DNA of 64,000 bases from an uncultured Acidimicrobiia bacterium (lineage in GTDB: Bacteria; Acidobacteriota; Terriglobia; Versatilivoradales; Versatilivoraceae), in NCBI GenBank assembly GCA_963786955.1, contig CAWBAT010000006.1, positions 1 to 64,000 on the forward strand, in the 5' to 3' direction. The notes beneath the pieces are model-generated. The model was not told where the DNA came from, did not search any database, and was given only the letters and a program-made list of their open reading frames with translations. Both the position numbers and the translations under genes were made by a program. Shown here piece by piece: positions 33,319-42,823 of this stretch; the stretch's first letter is position 1, and each line of letters opens with the position of its first letter.

Positions 33319-33858
33319 TCAAGCGGATTTCGGTCCCGGAAGAACCGGGCCCTTGCGCTTCTCCCAGTACGGTAGCAACAGTGCGGAAATCTGACCCAGA
33401 CGCTCACAAAGCTGCCGCTTGTCTTCGGTCGTGATTGAGGCAAACACTTCTTTAAAGAACTCAGCGCTGGCGGGAATTAGCATTTCCAAAAACGCGATTC
33501 CGCGCGGCGTGATTTCCGCCAACCGTTTCCGCCGGTCAATTGGATCCTCTATTCGAGTGGCCATGCCTTTCTTTACCAATCCTTCCACCAGTCCCGTAAC
33601 ATTGGCCGGACTCACCATCAGCAGGTCGCCAATCTCGCCCAGAAGGCAGCCCCGAATATTCTCATAAACGTAGAGAGCGATCATCACATCAAACGACTGA
33701 GGAGTAATCCCATAAACGGAAAATGCCCGCTCCATGACCGATTGGAGGATATGGTACGTGCTGGAAAGCGCGGCAATCATCCGGACAGTGGAATGGTCAA
33801 AGCCGGGGAACTGCTCACCGAATCTTTCCATGAGTTTATTGAGATACTGGTCACGCAT
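33319..33858 (-). CDS. MarR family transcriptional regulator
   Basis: YGITPQSFDVM, VSPANVTGLVEGLVKKG and DPIDRRKRLAEITPRG; directly downstream of the RND operon. Confidence 0.9.
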   Translation of the reverse strand: MRDQYLNKLMERFGEQFPGFDHSTVRMIAALSSTYHILQSVMERAFSVYGITPQSFDVMIALYVYENIRGCLLGEIGDLLMVSPANVTGLVEGLVKKGMATRIEDPIDRRKRLAEITPRGIAFLEMLIPASAEFFKEVFASITTEDKRQLCERLGQISALLLPYWEKRKGPVLPGPKSA

Positions 33859-33939
33859 GAGATTTCCTTTTGCGATTTTGATCAATCGTGCCGCCGCTCT
33901 CGGGGCTGCGCGAGGAAAGAGAGGCGGCATGGCAGCCAC

Positions 33940-35340
33940 TCATGCTCCGCCACCTAGTGCTTTATACAGACCAACGAGATTGCTCAGCCGGGCGAACCGG
34001 AGGCTAACCAAGCCCTGCTGGGTAACGTATAGGGCCCTCTGGGAAACCAGAACACTCAGGTAACTGTCGATTCCTGCTCTATAGCGGGCTTCGGAAAGAC
34101 GATACGCTTCATCCAGGGCATTCACCAAGGCCTGTTGGGATTGCTGCTGTTCCATCAGACGGGTCCGCAGACTCAACGCATCGCTGACTTCCCGGAAAGC
34201 TGATTGGATGGACCTTTCATAATCGGCGACGGCAATGTCACGGTCCACCTCGGCAGCCTTGTAATTGGCTTTTAAAGAGCCGCCGGTGAATAGGGGGGCG
34301 ATGATCTGTGGCGCAAAGCTCCAGGTTCCCGTCCCGGCTCCGAATAGACTGGAAAGTTCGGGACTCATGGTTCCCCCGCCAGCCGTGAGTGTGACGCGCG
34401 GGAAGAAGGATGCGCGGGCCACTCCTATATTGGCATAGGCCGCTTTCAATTGATGTTCCGACATGAGAATGTCAGGCCGGTTGAGCAGAACCTCGGAGGG
34501 CAAACCAGCGGAGATATCCTTCAGCATATGATCAGGACCCAACTCGCTGGGGAGCAGTTGAGCGGGGACCGGAGAACCCACCAGAAGGGTGAGAGCATTC
34601 TCGTCCAATGCCACCAGTCCAGAGTAGCGGGCAATATCCACGCGCGCCGCTTCCACCTGGCTTTCGGCCTGACGCAGATCCAAATCGGATGCCATGCCTG
34701 AATCCCTGACGTGCAGGATCAAATCGTAGGTCACCTGCTGGGCGTCCAGGGTTGCCCGGGCCAATCGCAGATTGTCATGATCAGCCGCCAAAGCCAGGTA
34801 GCTGTTGGTGACCGCGGCAACCAGGGAGATCTGGGCTGCGGAGCGGGCCTGTTCGCTGGCCATGTACTGCTCCAGAGCCTGGCTCTTTAAACTGCGGAGA
34901 CGCCCGAACAGGTCCAACTCCCAGGAGAGAGTGCCCAGGTTGACGCTATACTGCTCGACTATCGTGGGAGTCCCCTTATCCGAAAACTTCTCGGGCTGCC
35001 GGTACGCCTGACCGCTGAACATTACTCCCGCATTCGGATATAGGTTTCCCCGTTGGATCCTGTAAAGGGCTTGAGCCCTCTCGATGTTGAGGGCCGCTAT
35101 CCTCAGGTCGCGGTTGTTGGCCAGGGCCATCTCAATGACGGATTGAAGCTTTCCATCGGTGTAATATTCCCGCCATTTGACCTCCAAAGCAGCGGGGGCA
35201 GCCGGCCCGGTGGCTTGGCTGGCGGTGCTTTCAGGCCAGGCCGTGGGCACCGGCAGACCGGGGCGGTCATATTTTTGTGTGCGCGGGCAGCCGCAAAGGC
35301 AAACGGACAATCCGAGGAGAAGAAGAAATTTTCGAATCAT
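33940..35340 (-). CDS. RND efflux outer membrane lipoprotein (OprM/NodT-like)
   Basis: Lipoprotein-like signal, ALANNRDLRIA, SWELDLFGRLRS, RPDI..EH.LKAA.ANIG.ARA.FFP and LYKALGGG. Confidence 0.93.
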   Translation of the reverse strand: MIRKFLLLLGLSVCLCGCPRTQKYDRPGLPVPTAWPESTASQATGPAAPAALEVKWREYYTDGKLQSVIEMALANNRDLRIAALNIERAQALYRIQRGNLYPNAGVMFSGQAYRQPEKFSDKGTPTIVEQYSVNLGTLSWELDLFGRLRSLKSQALEQYMASEQARSAAQISLVAAVTNSYLALAADHDNLRLARATLDAQQVTYDLILHVRDSGMASDLDLRQAESQVEAARVDIARYSGLVALDENALTLLVGSPVPAQLLPSELGPDHMLKDISAGLPSEVLLNRPDILMSEHQLKAAYANIGVARASFFPRVTLTAGGGTMSPELSSLFGAGTGTWSFAPQIIAPLFTGGSLKANYKAAEVDRDIAVADYERSIQSAFREVSDALSLRTRLMEQQQSQQALVNALDEAYRLSEARYRAGIDSYLSVLVSQRALYVTQQGLVSLRFARLSNLVGLYKALGGGA

Positions 35341-35341
35341 G

Positions 35342-38300
35342 TTATTTGCCCTCCGTGGGACTCGCTGCTTCCGAGCCATGCGGCTGGCTGCTGCGGCTTT
35401 TCTTTTTTCCAAACAACTGCACGACCATCACAAAGAAGAGGGGGATGAAGAAAATCGCCAGGAAGGTGGCAGTCACCATCCCGCCCAGGACGCTGGTGCC
35501 AATGGCCATTTGGGCGCCGGCCCCAGCCCCTCTGGCAAACGCCAATGGCAGAACGCCAATTCCGAATGCCAGGGAAGTCATCACGATGGGGCGAAGCCGG
35601 AGTTTGGCGGCCTCGACAGTCGCTTCGATCAACCCCATCCCTTGCTGTTCGATGTGCCCTTTGGCGAACTGAACGATCAGGATGGCATTCTTAGTCGTCA
35701 GGCCGAGCACTGTGAGCAGTCCGATCTGGAAGTAGACATCATTGGGCAAACCGCGCAACCCGGAGGCCAGCACTCCTCCGATCGCACCCAGCGGCAACGC
35801 CAACAGAATGGTGATGGGCACCGTCCAGCTCTCGTATAGCGCTGCCAGGACGAGGAAGATCGCCAGGATCGAAAAAGAATAGAGGAGCCCGGTCTGGGAC
35901 TCCGACATGCGCTGCTGGTAGGACAGGCCCGTCCATTCGGAGCCGATGCCCGCGGGAAGCTTGTTGACAATCTCCTCCATCGCATTCATCGCCTCGCCGG
36001 AACTGCGTCCGGCCGAAGGTTCTCCCTGAATGTTCATGGCCGGGAAGCTGTTGTACCGTTCCAGCCGGGGAGAACCGTAGATCCAGCGCCCCGAGGCAAG
36101 AGCCGAAAGCGGCACCAGTCCACCCTTCGGATTGTGGATGTAAAGGCGGTTGAGGTCGCCCGGCAGCATCCGGTAAGGGGCATCCGCCTGGGTGTACACA
36201 CGCTTGACCCGTCCACCCTGGACGAAGTTGCCGACGTAGGCGCTGCCGAAGGCCGTGGAAAGGTAGCTTTGTACCGAGCTGACAGGGACGCCGAGCGAGC
36301 CGGCCTTCTCCCAATCGATGTCCACCTTGTATTGGGGGACGTCTGCCATCCCGTTCGGTCTCACCCTGGCGAGGCGCGGGTCTTTCATGGCCATCCCGAG
36401 GAGCTGGTTCTGTGCTTCCGTGAGCTTGTCATGCCCGATTCCGCCCCGGTCCTGCAGCATGAAATCGAACCCGATCGCATTGCCCAGCTCCACCACTGCA
36501 GGGGGAGGATATACAAAAACAACCGCGCCGCGGATGCCACTCAGCGCCTGCATCGCCCGGCCTGCCACCTCCTTTGCCCGGAGCCCGGGACGGTTGCGCA
36601 GATTCCAGTCTCTGAGTTGGATAAAGGCCATGCCTTGGTTCTGGCCCCGGCCCGCGAAGCCCATGCCGGCCCCCGTCATACATGACCCAACGGCGTCTTT
36701 CTGGTCAACGAGGAAGTGGCGACTGACCTGGTCCATCACCGCTTGCGTCTGCTCCAGTGTCGAGCCGACCGGCAGCTGGATCATGGACATAAGGGTTCCC
36801 TGGTCCTCGTCCGGGAGGTATCCGGTCGGCATACGCTGATAAAGGTATCCCATTCCCGCCACAATGAGGAGGAAGAGGATGACAAAACGAACCTTCCGGA
36901 CCAGTATGCCCGCGACAAAGGCTGTGTAGAGGTCACGGGTGCGGTAAAACACACGGTCAAACCAGAGGAAGAACGGCCGCAGGAGCCAAAAGCCGGTTTC
37001 AGCGGCTTCATGCCCCTTGGCAACGGGTTTCAAAAGCGACGCGCACAAGACGGGCGTCAGAATCAGGGCCACAACGACCGAGAGGAGCATCGAGGAGATC
37101 ACGGTGACCGAGAACTGCCGGTAAATCACACCGGTGGAACCGGCAAAAAAGATCATCGGGCCAAAAACCGCTGAGAGGACCAATCCGATGCCGACCAGGG
37201 CACTGGTAATCTCTCCCATGGACTTGCGGGTCGATTCCCACGGTGGAAGCCCTTCTTCACTCATGACCCGTTCAACGTTTTCAACCACCACAATGGCATC
37301 GTCAACCAGCAGGCCGATAGCCAGAACCATGGCGAACATGGTCAGCATGTTAATGGAGTAACCCAACAAGCCGAGGACGCCAAAAGTGCCCAGAATTACG
37401 ACTGGCACCGCAATGGTCGGGATCATGGTGGCACGGAGGTTCCCGAGGAAAAGGTACATGACGAGGAAAACCAGGAAAATAGCAATGATAAGGGTCTTAA
37501 CCACTTCTTCGATTGCCACCTTCACGAAAGGGGTTGTGTCATAGGGGAAAATAACTTTCATCCCGGATCCGGCAGGAAAATACTTCGATAACTCTGCCAT
37601 TTTCGACTTGATCCCTTCGGCGGTATCCAGTGCATTCGCGCCTGCTTCCTGCCGGATCGCGAGCATGGCGGCAGGATTCCCGTTGAAGAGGATCCGGATG
37701 TCGGGGAATTCGGTTCCCAACTCGGTCCGTCCTATGTCCCTCACGCGCACAATCGATCCGTCCGACTGCGTGCGCAGGGGAATGGCGGCGAACTCCTCCG
37801 GCGTCAGCAGGAGCGACTGGACCAGGATTGAGGCGTTGAGTCGCTGGCCCGGCACCGCGGGGGCGCCACCCAGCTGGCCGGCGGAGACTTCGACGTTGTA
37901 AGCCCGGATCGCCATGACCACATCGTCCGAGGTCATCCCGTACTTGGTGAGCTTGTCCGGGTCGAACCAGATCCTCATGGCATAAGGCGCACCAAAGACC
38001 TCAACCTCGCCGACTCCCGGGACACGCGCGATGATGGACTGGACCTTTGAGACGAGGTAGTCGTTGAGATCATCCATATCCATGCTGCCGTTCTCGGAGG
38101 TGATGCCGGCAATGAGCAGGTAGTTTCGAGTTGACTTGCTGACTGTGACGCCCCGGTTCTGCACCACGTCGGGCAGGGTTGGCATGGCGAGCTGGAGCTT
38201 GTTTTGAACCTTCGCCCAGGCCAGGTCCGGGTCGGTGCCCGGGGCAAACGTAAGGGTGACGGACGCGCTTCCAGAGGAATCGCTCGTGGAGTACATGTAA

Positions 38301-38527
38301 AGCATTTTGTCGAGGCCGGTCATGTTCTGTTCAATCATCTGAACAACGCTGTCCTCGACAGTTTTTGCCGATGCCCCCGGGTAAATAGCCCTGATCGAGA
38401 TTGAAGGCGGGGCGATGGGTGGATACTGAGAAATGGGTAGATTGTAGATTGCGAGCCCCCCGGCCAGCATCATTCCAATGGCAATGACCCAGGCGAAAAC
38501 CGGGCGGTCTAGAAAGAATTTAGACAT
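35342..38527 (-). CDS. RND efflux permease (AcrB/MexB-like, HAE1)
   Basis: MSKFFLDRPVFAWV, LPISQYP.IAPP, GLLVDDAIVVVENVER, KNAILIV and RLRPIVMTS. Confidence 0.97.
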   Translation of the reverse strand: MSKFFLDRPVFAWVIAIGMMLAGGLAIYNLPISQYPPIAPPSISIRAIYPGASAKTVEDSVVQMIEQNMTGLDKMLYMYSTSDSSGSASVTLTFAPGTDPDLAWAKVQNKLQLAMPTLPDVVQNRGVTVSKSTRNYLLIAGITSENGSMDMDDLNDYLVSKVQSIIARVPGVGEVEVFGAPYAMRIWFDPDKLTKYGMTSDDVVMAIRAYNVEVSAGQLGGAPAVPGQRLNASILVQSLLLTPEEFAAIPLRTQSDGSIVRVRDIGRTELGTEFPDIRILFNGNPAAMLAIRQEAGANALDTAEGIKSKMAELSKYFPAGSGMKVIFPYDTTPFVKVAIEEVVKTLIIAIFLVFLVMYLFLGNLRATMIPTIAVPVVILGTFGVLGLLGYSINMLTMFAMVLAIGLLVDDAIVVVENVERVMSEEGLPPWESTRKSMGEITSALVGIGLVLSAVFGPMIFFAGSTGVIYRQFSVTVISSMLLSVVVALILTPVLCASLLKPVAKGHEAAETGFWLLRPFFLWFDRVFYRTRDLYTAFVAGILVRKVRFVILFLLIVAGMGYLYQRMPTGYLPDEDQGTLMSMIQLPVGSTLEQTQAVMDQVSRHFLVDQKDAVGSCMTGAGMGFAGRGQNQGMAFIQLRDWNLRNRPGLRAKEVAGRAMQALSGIRGAVVFVYPPPAVVELGNAIGFDFMLQDRGGIGHDKLTEAQNQLLGMAMKDPRLARVRPNGMADVPQYKVDIDWEKAGSLGVPVSSVQSYLSTAFGSAYVGNFVQGGRVKRVYTQADAPYRMLPGDLNRLYIHNPKGGLVPLSALASGRWIYGSPRLERYNSFPAMNIQGEPSAGRSSGEAMNAMEEIVNKLPAGIGSEWTGLSYQQRMSESQTGLLYSFSILAIFLVLAALYESWTVPITILLALPLGAIGGVLASGLRGLPNDVYFQIGLLTVLGLTTKNAILIVQFAKGHIEQQGMGLIEATVEAAKLRLRPIVMTSLAFGIGVLPLAFARGAGAGAQMAIGTSVLGGMVTATFLAIFFIPLFFVMVVQLFGKKKSRSSQPHGSEAASPTEGK

Positions 38528-39779
38528 TGCCACCCCCTTTGCCTTGAGTTGGTGGTGCCGGCTGTTTTTCAACCGGGCCAGAAGCGCCCGCAGCTTTGCC
38601 GCTAAAGGGAACCGCCCGGATCGGGATTCCGGGACGGGCTTTCTGCATCCCCTCGACAATCAGCCGGTCCCCGGCCGTGAGCCCGCTGATGACAAGCCAT
38701 TTATCTCCAATAGCCCGGTCGAGTTCGAGCATGCGCTGCTCAATTTTTTCGTCCTTGCCCACAACCCATGCGAGAGGGAGACCTTTCGTGTTGCGGGTGA
38801 CTCCCTGTTGGGGAACGAGAATAGCTTTTTCGTTAACCCCCTCCTCCACCACCGCCCGCACAAACATCCCGGGAAGCAGGATTTGGTTGGGATTGGGGAA
38901 GACCATCCGCAAGGTGACCGATCCCGTCGCCTGATTTACTGTAGTGTCCTGGAATTGGATGGTCCCTCCACTCTTGTAAGGAGTCCCATCCTCCAGGAAC
39001 AGCTTCACCTTGTTTTGCGTCGCACCATTTTGTTTCAGACGCCCGCTTTCCAGACGGCTTCGCAAACGCAGCAGCTCTGCACTGGATTGGATGACATCCA
39101 CATAGATAGGATCCAGTTGCTGCACCACGGCCAAGGCTGTAGGCTGATAGGCGGCCGCCAGGCCGCCGACCGTGATGTTGGACATGCCGATGCGTCCTGA
39201 AATAGGGGACTTTATGGGTGTATACGACAGGTTGATGCGGGCGCTTTCCAGGTTGGCCCGGCTGATCTCAACGGCAGTTTTTCTTGCAGCCAGGTTGGCC
39301 TCAGCCTGCCTCAAAGCGGCACTGGCGTCATCGTAATCCTGTTGTCCAACCGCGCGGATGGCCACCAGTCCCTTTAACCGCTCTGCCCGTAACCGGAGGG
39401 CCGGAAGGTTGGCTTCGGCGGTAACGAGTTCTGCTTCCGCGGTAGCCAGGGCAGCCTGGGCTTGGTTGACGGCCGCCTGGTAAGGCATCGGATCGATTTG
39501 ATACAACACGTCGCCTGCCTTGACCATCGCACCTTCCTTGAACAGACGGCTTTGGATCAACCCATTCACCTGGGGGCGGATTTCCGCAACCAGGTAGGCA
39601 GATATCCGCCCGGGCAATTCCGTGGTCAACACGACCCGTTCGGTAGTGAGCGTCACAAATGCAACCTCGGCTGGACCTGCCGGGGGAGGAGCCACCTTTG
39701 ATTTGCAGCTTGACATGAAGAGACTGGCTATAACGAGCCCAATGAGGACAAGATGTTTAAACCATTTGCTGAACGACAT
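38520..39779 (-). CDS. RND efflux periplasmic adaptor (AcrA/MexA-like) lipoprotein
   Basis: Lipobox-like FMSSC, TELPGR, AEIRPQVNG, SPISGRIG, QLDPIYVD and LLPGMFVRA. Confidence 0.95.
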   Translation of the reverse strand: MSFSKWFKHLVLIGLVIASLFMSSCKSKVAPPPAGPAEVAFVTLTTERVVLTTELPGRISAYLVAEIRPQVNGLIQSRLFKEGAMVKAGDVLYQIDPMPYQAAVNQAQAALATAEAELVTAEANLPALRLRAERLKGLVAIRAVGQQDYDDASAALRQAEANLAARKTAVEISRANLESARINLSYTPIKSPISGRIGMSNITVGGLAAAYQPTALAVVQQLDPIYVDVIQSSAELLRLRSRLESGRLKQNGATQNKVKLFLEDGTPYKSGGTIQFQDTTVNQATGSVTLRMVFPNPNQILLPGMFVRAVVEEGVNEKAILVPQQGVTRNTKGLPLAWVVGKDEKIEQRMLELDRAIGDKWLVISGLTAGDRLIVEGMQKARPGIPIRAVPFSGKAAGASGPVEKQPAPPTQGKGGGNV

Positions 39780-39889
39780 GAAACGACTCCTTTACTTTTC
39801 TTAAAACATCGAAGGCATACTAATCTATTCATAAATGAAATGTCAATCACCAAATGATCAATAGATAAAATAATATTTCGCGTCTGGAA

Positions 39890-40098
39890 TGAGTAAGGCA
39901 TCCGACCCTTAAGGCACTTCGGCAAGCACCTGCTAGCTTTGCGGGATGGTGATCATCGCGCCGATCATGGCCAAGAAACCAGCACCACGCAGCCTTTGTC
40001 ACCCAATATATTTCCCAGGACCACCGTTTCACATATTTCTGCAGTGAGTGACAGTTGGCAGAAAGAAACACTCCTGCCGCGTGCATGAGAATGCTATG
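39890..40098 (-). pseudogene. Degenerate 5' fragment of an RhaT-like L-rhamnose/H+ symporter
   Basis: QKYVKRWSWEIYW...AWCWFL, then after a shift MIGAMITIPQ..QVLAEVP with in-frame stops; resembles the RhaT N-terminus (KKVKKWSWE). Confidence 0.6.
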
Positions 40099-40574
40099 GA
40101 TCTTGACAAGATAATAAGGAAAACCATCTGATCGCCCTTTTTTTAAGCAAGTGTAAATTCTCCCGTTTTGCCAAAGCCTTGGTAAAGACTTTAGGCATCG
40201 CTCATCTGTCTCAAAGCGGTATCTGCGCCGTGTATCCGGCTACAGCCTTAATGAAGCGGGCCTGGCTTTTTGCCGTTTCCGCTATAAACAGCGTCGCCAC
40301 CCCAATTCGCAATGGCTCCCGCGAAGCATCCTTTGACAGGCCCAACACCAATCCACACCAGTTGCCGAAAAAAGCAGAATCTCGGCAATCCGCGTCGAGG
40401 GCATGGTTGGGGATTCGATCCCGGATGACAGTCCGCCATGAATGCCAAGGCCTCGTATGACATGGCCCAATTGAAAACCTTGTTTAGCTCGCGAGCCTGG
40501 TACGACTTGATTCCAGACCAGAATCACAAGGTACTAACCGGCAAGGCAGATCACGTTGGAAAGCCATTCTGTGA

Positions 40575-42464
40575 TCATCGCCTGGTTGATCCCGTTTCCA
40601 CACCCTGCCAATGAAGGTGGACCGTTAGCGTTTTCTTCTCTCCTGCCTGCAGAGGAACTGTAAATCCGATCATCCTCGTGCCAGGATTGGATGCATCGTA
40701 ATCAGCTGGCGGCGGGTCAGTGGGATAAATTTTCCATGTCACCCCGGTCTTATTTTCGGCAGTGAGGGAAAGTCGCCCCTCCGATTGGGTTAGCGCGGCT
40801 TTGGATGGATTTTCCAAACGAACTTGGGCTGGTGTAGTCATTCCCCAACGCACTGTGCAGGGATGATCGGGCGCAGTCAATTGATCTTCAATGACTATCG
40901 TTCCATCAGGCAAAAGAGATGTTCTGCGTTGCACACTAGTCAGCTGTTCCTTGTATGGGCCCGAAAGATCAATCAATGTAGTCTGAAAAGGCTTGTCTTT
41001 GCATTCCAGAATCCGCGCGAATCCTGCCACTCTCTGAAGCTGACCATCCACCACCAGAGTATTGTGAGAGAGATTACTGTAACGAAAGACCTTCCAGCGT
41101 TGAGAATTTTGTGATCGATCCCAAATGTCCATACTTTTGGACTCTAGGGAATTGTAGTCCTGATACCCCAAATCCAGTGCCCAACGGACACCTCCTGCGT
41201 CGAGTACAAAGCTGCCTGCATCCATATGGCCATGGTTCACCGAGGGGGATCCCGCTCTGACTGCAAGATACAGCGCTTCCGGGTCTTTCCAGGAGGTGCG
41301 GTGCACAGCCACTGGATTCGAGCCACCGCCCGTCCAACTGAGGGCGGTCGGAGCAGAAATCTCTCTAGCCGAGAGATTCCAAATCAAAAACAGGGGGAAA
41401 TGCCGGTTGTCACTGGAGGCCACTTCAGATTGTTTCTGATTATAATCCTGCAGGGAAGGAGCTTCATTCCAGAACAAATAGGGAGCGTGGAGCCGTTTGG
41501 CAAACCACGCCATCGCCGGGCTGGGAGAGCCTTTCACCCCGCAATCGGAATAATTGAAATAAAGCCCCGTGGGTCCGGTCATGTGAAGATAGTAGTCTGC
41601 CGTCTTCATGAAGCCTTGCTGTTCCGTTAAGCCGAAGCTGGTGCCTAAAGCTGATTCCAATGCCGCAATCAACAGCACATTAAAGGTGGTCCCATACTCC
41701 CAATAGCCGGGCCCTTCCAGATATGCACCGTCCGGGGCGTAGGATTTCATCGACAAGGGGACGCCATTCACCGCTCGCGCGATGATCCTGGCGGCTAAAT
41801 CCCCGGCATCTTCCTGAATGGCCAGGGCGCCAAAGACCATGCCGGCGTGACAAACCTGGTTCCAATTATGCTCGGCCTTTAACCAGTAGTTGCGTTCGGA
41901 CTGTTCATCCAAAGAAGGTTGCAGGCCTTTCTCCAGAATGGCCTTCACGAGTATCTTACGGGTTTGAATTGTAAGGTGATCATAGAGCCAGTCATAACCG
42001 ATTGCCAGAGCCATCGTCATTTCAGCAGTGTCGAGAAAGTGGCTCGGATTCCAATCCTCGAAAGCCGCAGCCGTTAACATTTCCTTTTCCGCCCGACCAA
42101 GGTATAGCTCATCCATCGTGAACCGATAAGCCATCGATAAAATCGTGACACGGCGCAGGCATCGGCGAGACTGCTCGAGGAGTCTTTTTCCAGTTTTTTC
42201 GTAAATGATGGGTGACACAGAAAGTAATTCTTTGGCTTCCCGCAAAAGTTCCTGCCGGGTCTCCTGCATCAGGGGGTCTCCTCGTGTTTCCTCCAACCAT
42301 TTCTCTTCGCCGGATCTTGGCCAGAGCAGACGAGGATGAGGCACCACTTTTTCCTTCAAAAGAGATTCTACAGAATCTGATGTGAGTTGCGCCGCTTCAG
42401 TGGGATTTGTGAGCAGGCAAAGACAGATTAGAATTAACGATAAAAATGCAAAATTCTTTGGCAC
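40575..42464 (-). CDS. Heparinase II/III family polysaccharide lyase-like protein
   Basis: Signal peptide, HPRLL, WNPSHFLDTAEM, HNWNQVC, EGPGYWEYG, NHGHMDAGSF and HNTLVVDG. Confidence 0.9.
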   Translation of the reverse strand: MPKNFAFLSLILICLCLLTNPTEAAQLTSDSVESLLKEKVVPHPRLLWPRSGEEKWLEETRGDPLMQETRQELLREAKELLSVSPIIYEKTGKRLLEQSRRCLRRVTILSMAYRFTMDELYLGRAEKEMLTAAAFEDWNPSHFLDTAEMTMALAIGYDWLYDHLTIQTRKILVKAILEKGLQPSLDEQSERNYWLKAEHNWNQVCHAGMVFGALAIQEDAGDLAARIIARAVNGVPLSMKSYAPDGAYLEGPGYWEYGTTFNVLLIAALESALGTSFGLTEQQGFMKTADYYLHMTGPTGLYFNYSDCGVKGSPSPAMAWFAKRLHAPYLFWNEAPSLQDYNQKQSEVASSDNRHFPLFLIWNLSAREISAPTALSWTGGGSNPVAVHRTSWKDPEALYLAVRAGSPSVNHGHMDAGSFVLDAGGVRWALDLGYQDYNSLESKSMDIWDRSQNSQRWKVFRYSNLSHNTLVVDGQLQRVAGFARILECKDKPFQTTLIDLSGPYKEQLTSVQRRTSLLPDGTIVIEDQLTAPDHPCTVRWGMTTPAQVRLENPSKAALTQSEGRLSLTAENKTGVTWKIYPTDPPPADYDASNPGTRMIGFTVPLQAGEKKTLTVHLHWQGVETGSTRR

Positions 42465-42823
42465 GACTTCCCCCCTTACGCTGAAAGAATAAACTCATCA
42501 TAAATAATGGATGCACTGGCGATATGGCATTGAACTGCCAGGCTATTGACCTTCACAAATCATTAGAGACATTTCTTTGGCTGAACTGTGATGTCGCGGG
42601 GTGACGGCAGTCATGAACTCAAACCAACCATACAGGACTATTGGGAGGGCTGAGGCTTCCCGAGGTCCGCGCATGGTCCTTCTTTCTTCTAGTGAATAGA
42701 GAGCTCCCGACCCCTTTGAGCAAAATGTCACAAATTGATGTGAAGATCAATAGGCATGCGCATTCTCAGTATGGTAGGCTTTGCTCCGACGTCACTTATC
42801 GTTTTTCTGTTTCCCGGAGAGAC

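Noticed and set aside
35177-39200. Multiple long antisense ORFs over the RND operon (similar ones overlie other GC-rich genes)
   Set aside because: These are expected shadows of GC-rich coding sequence and have no independent motifs.
40190-40480. Possible additional gene remnant on the minus strand (...LDADCRDSAFFGNW...YTAQIPL*)
   Set aside because: It reads as protein-like, but I cannot assign a family or a start; BLASTX is needed.
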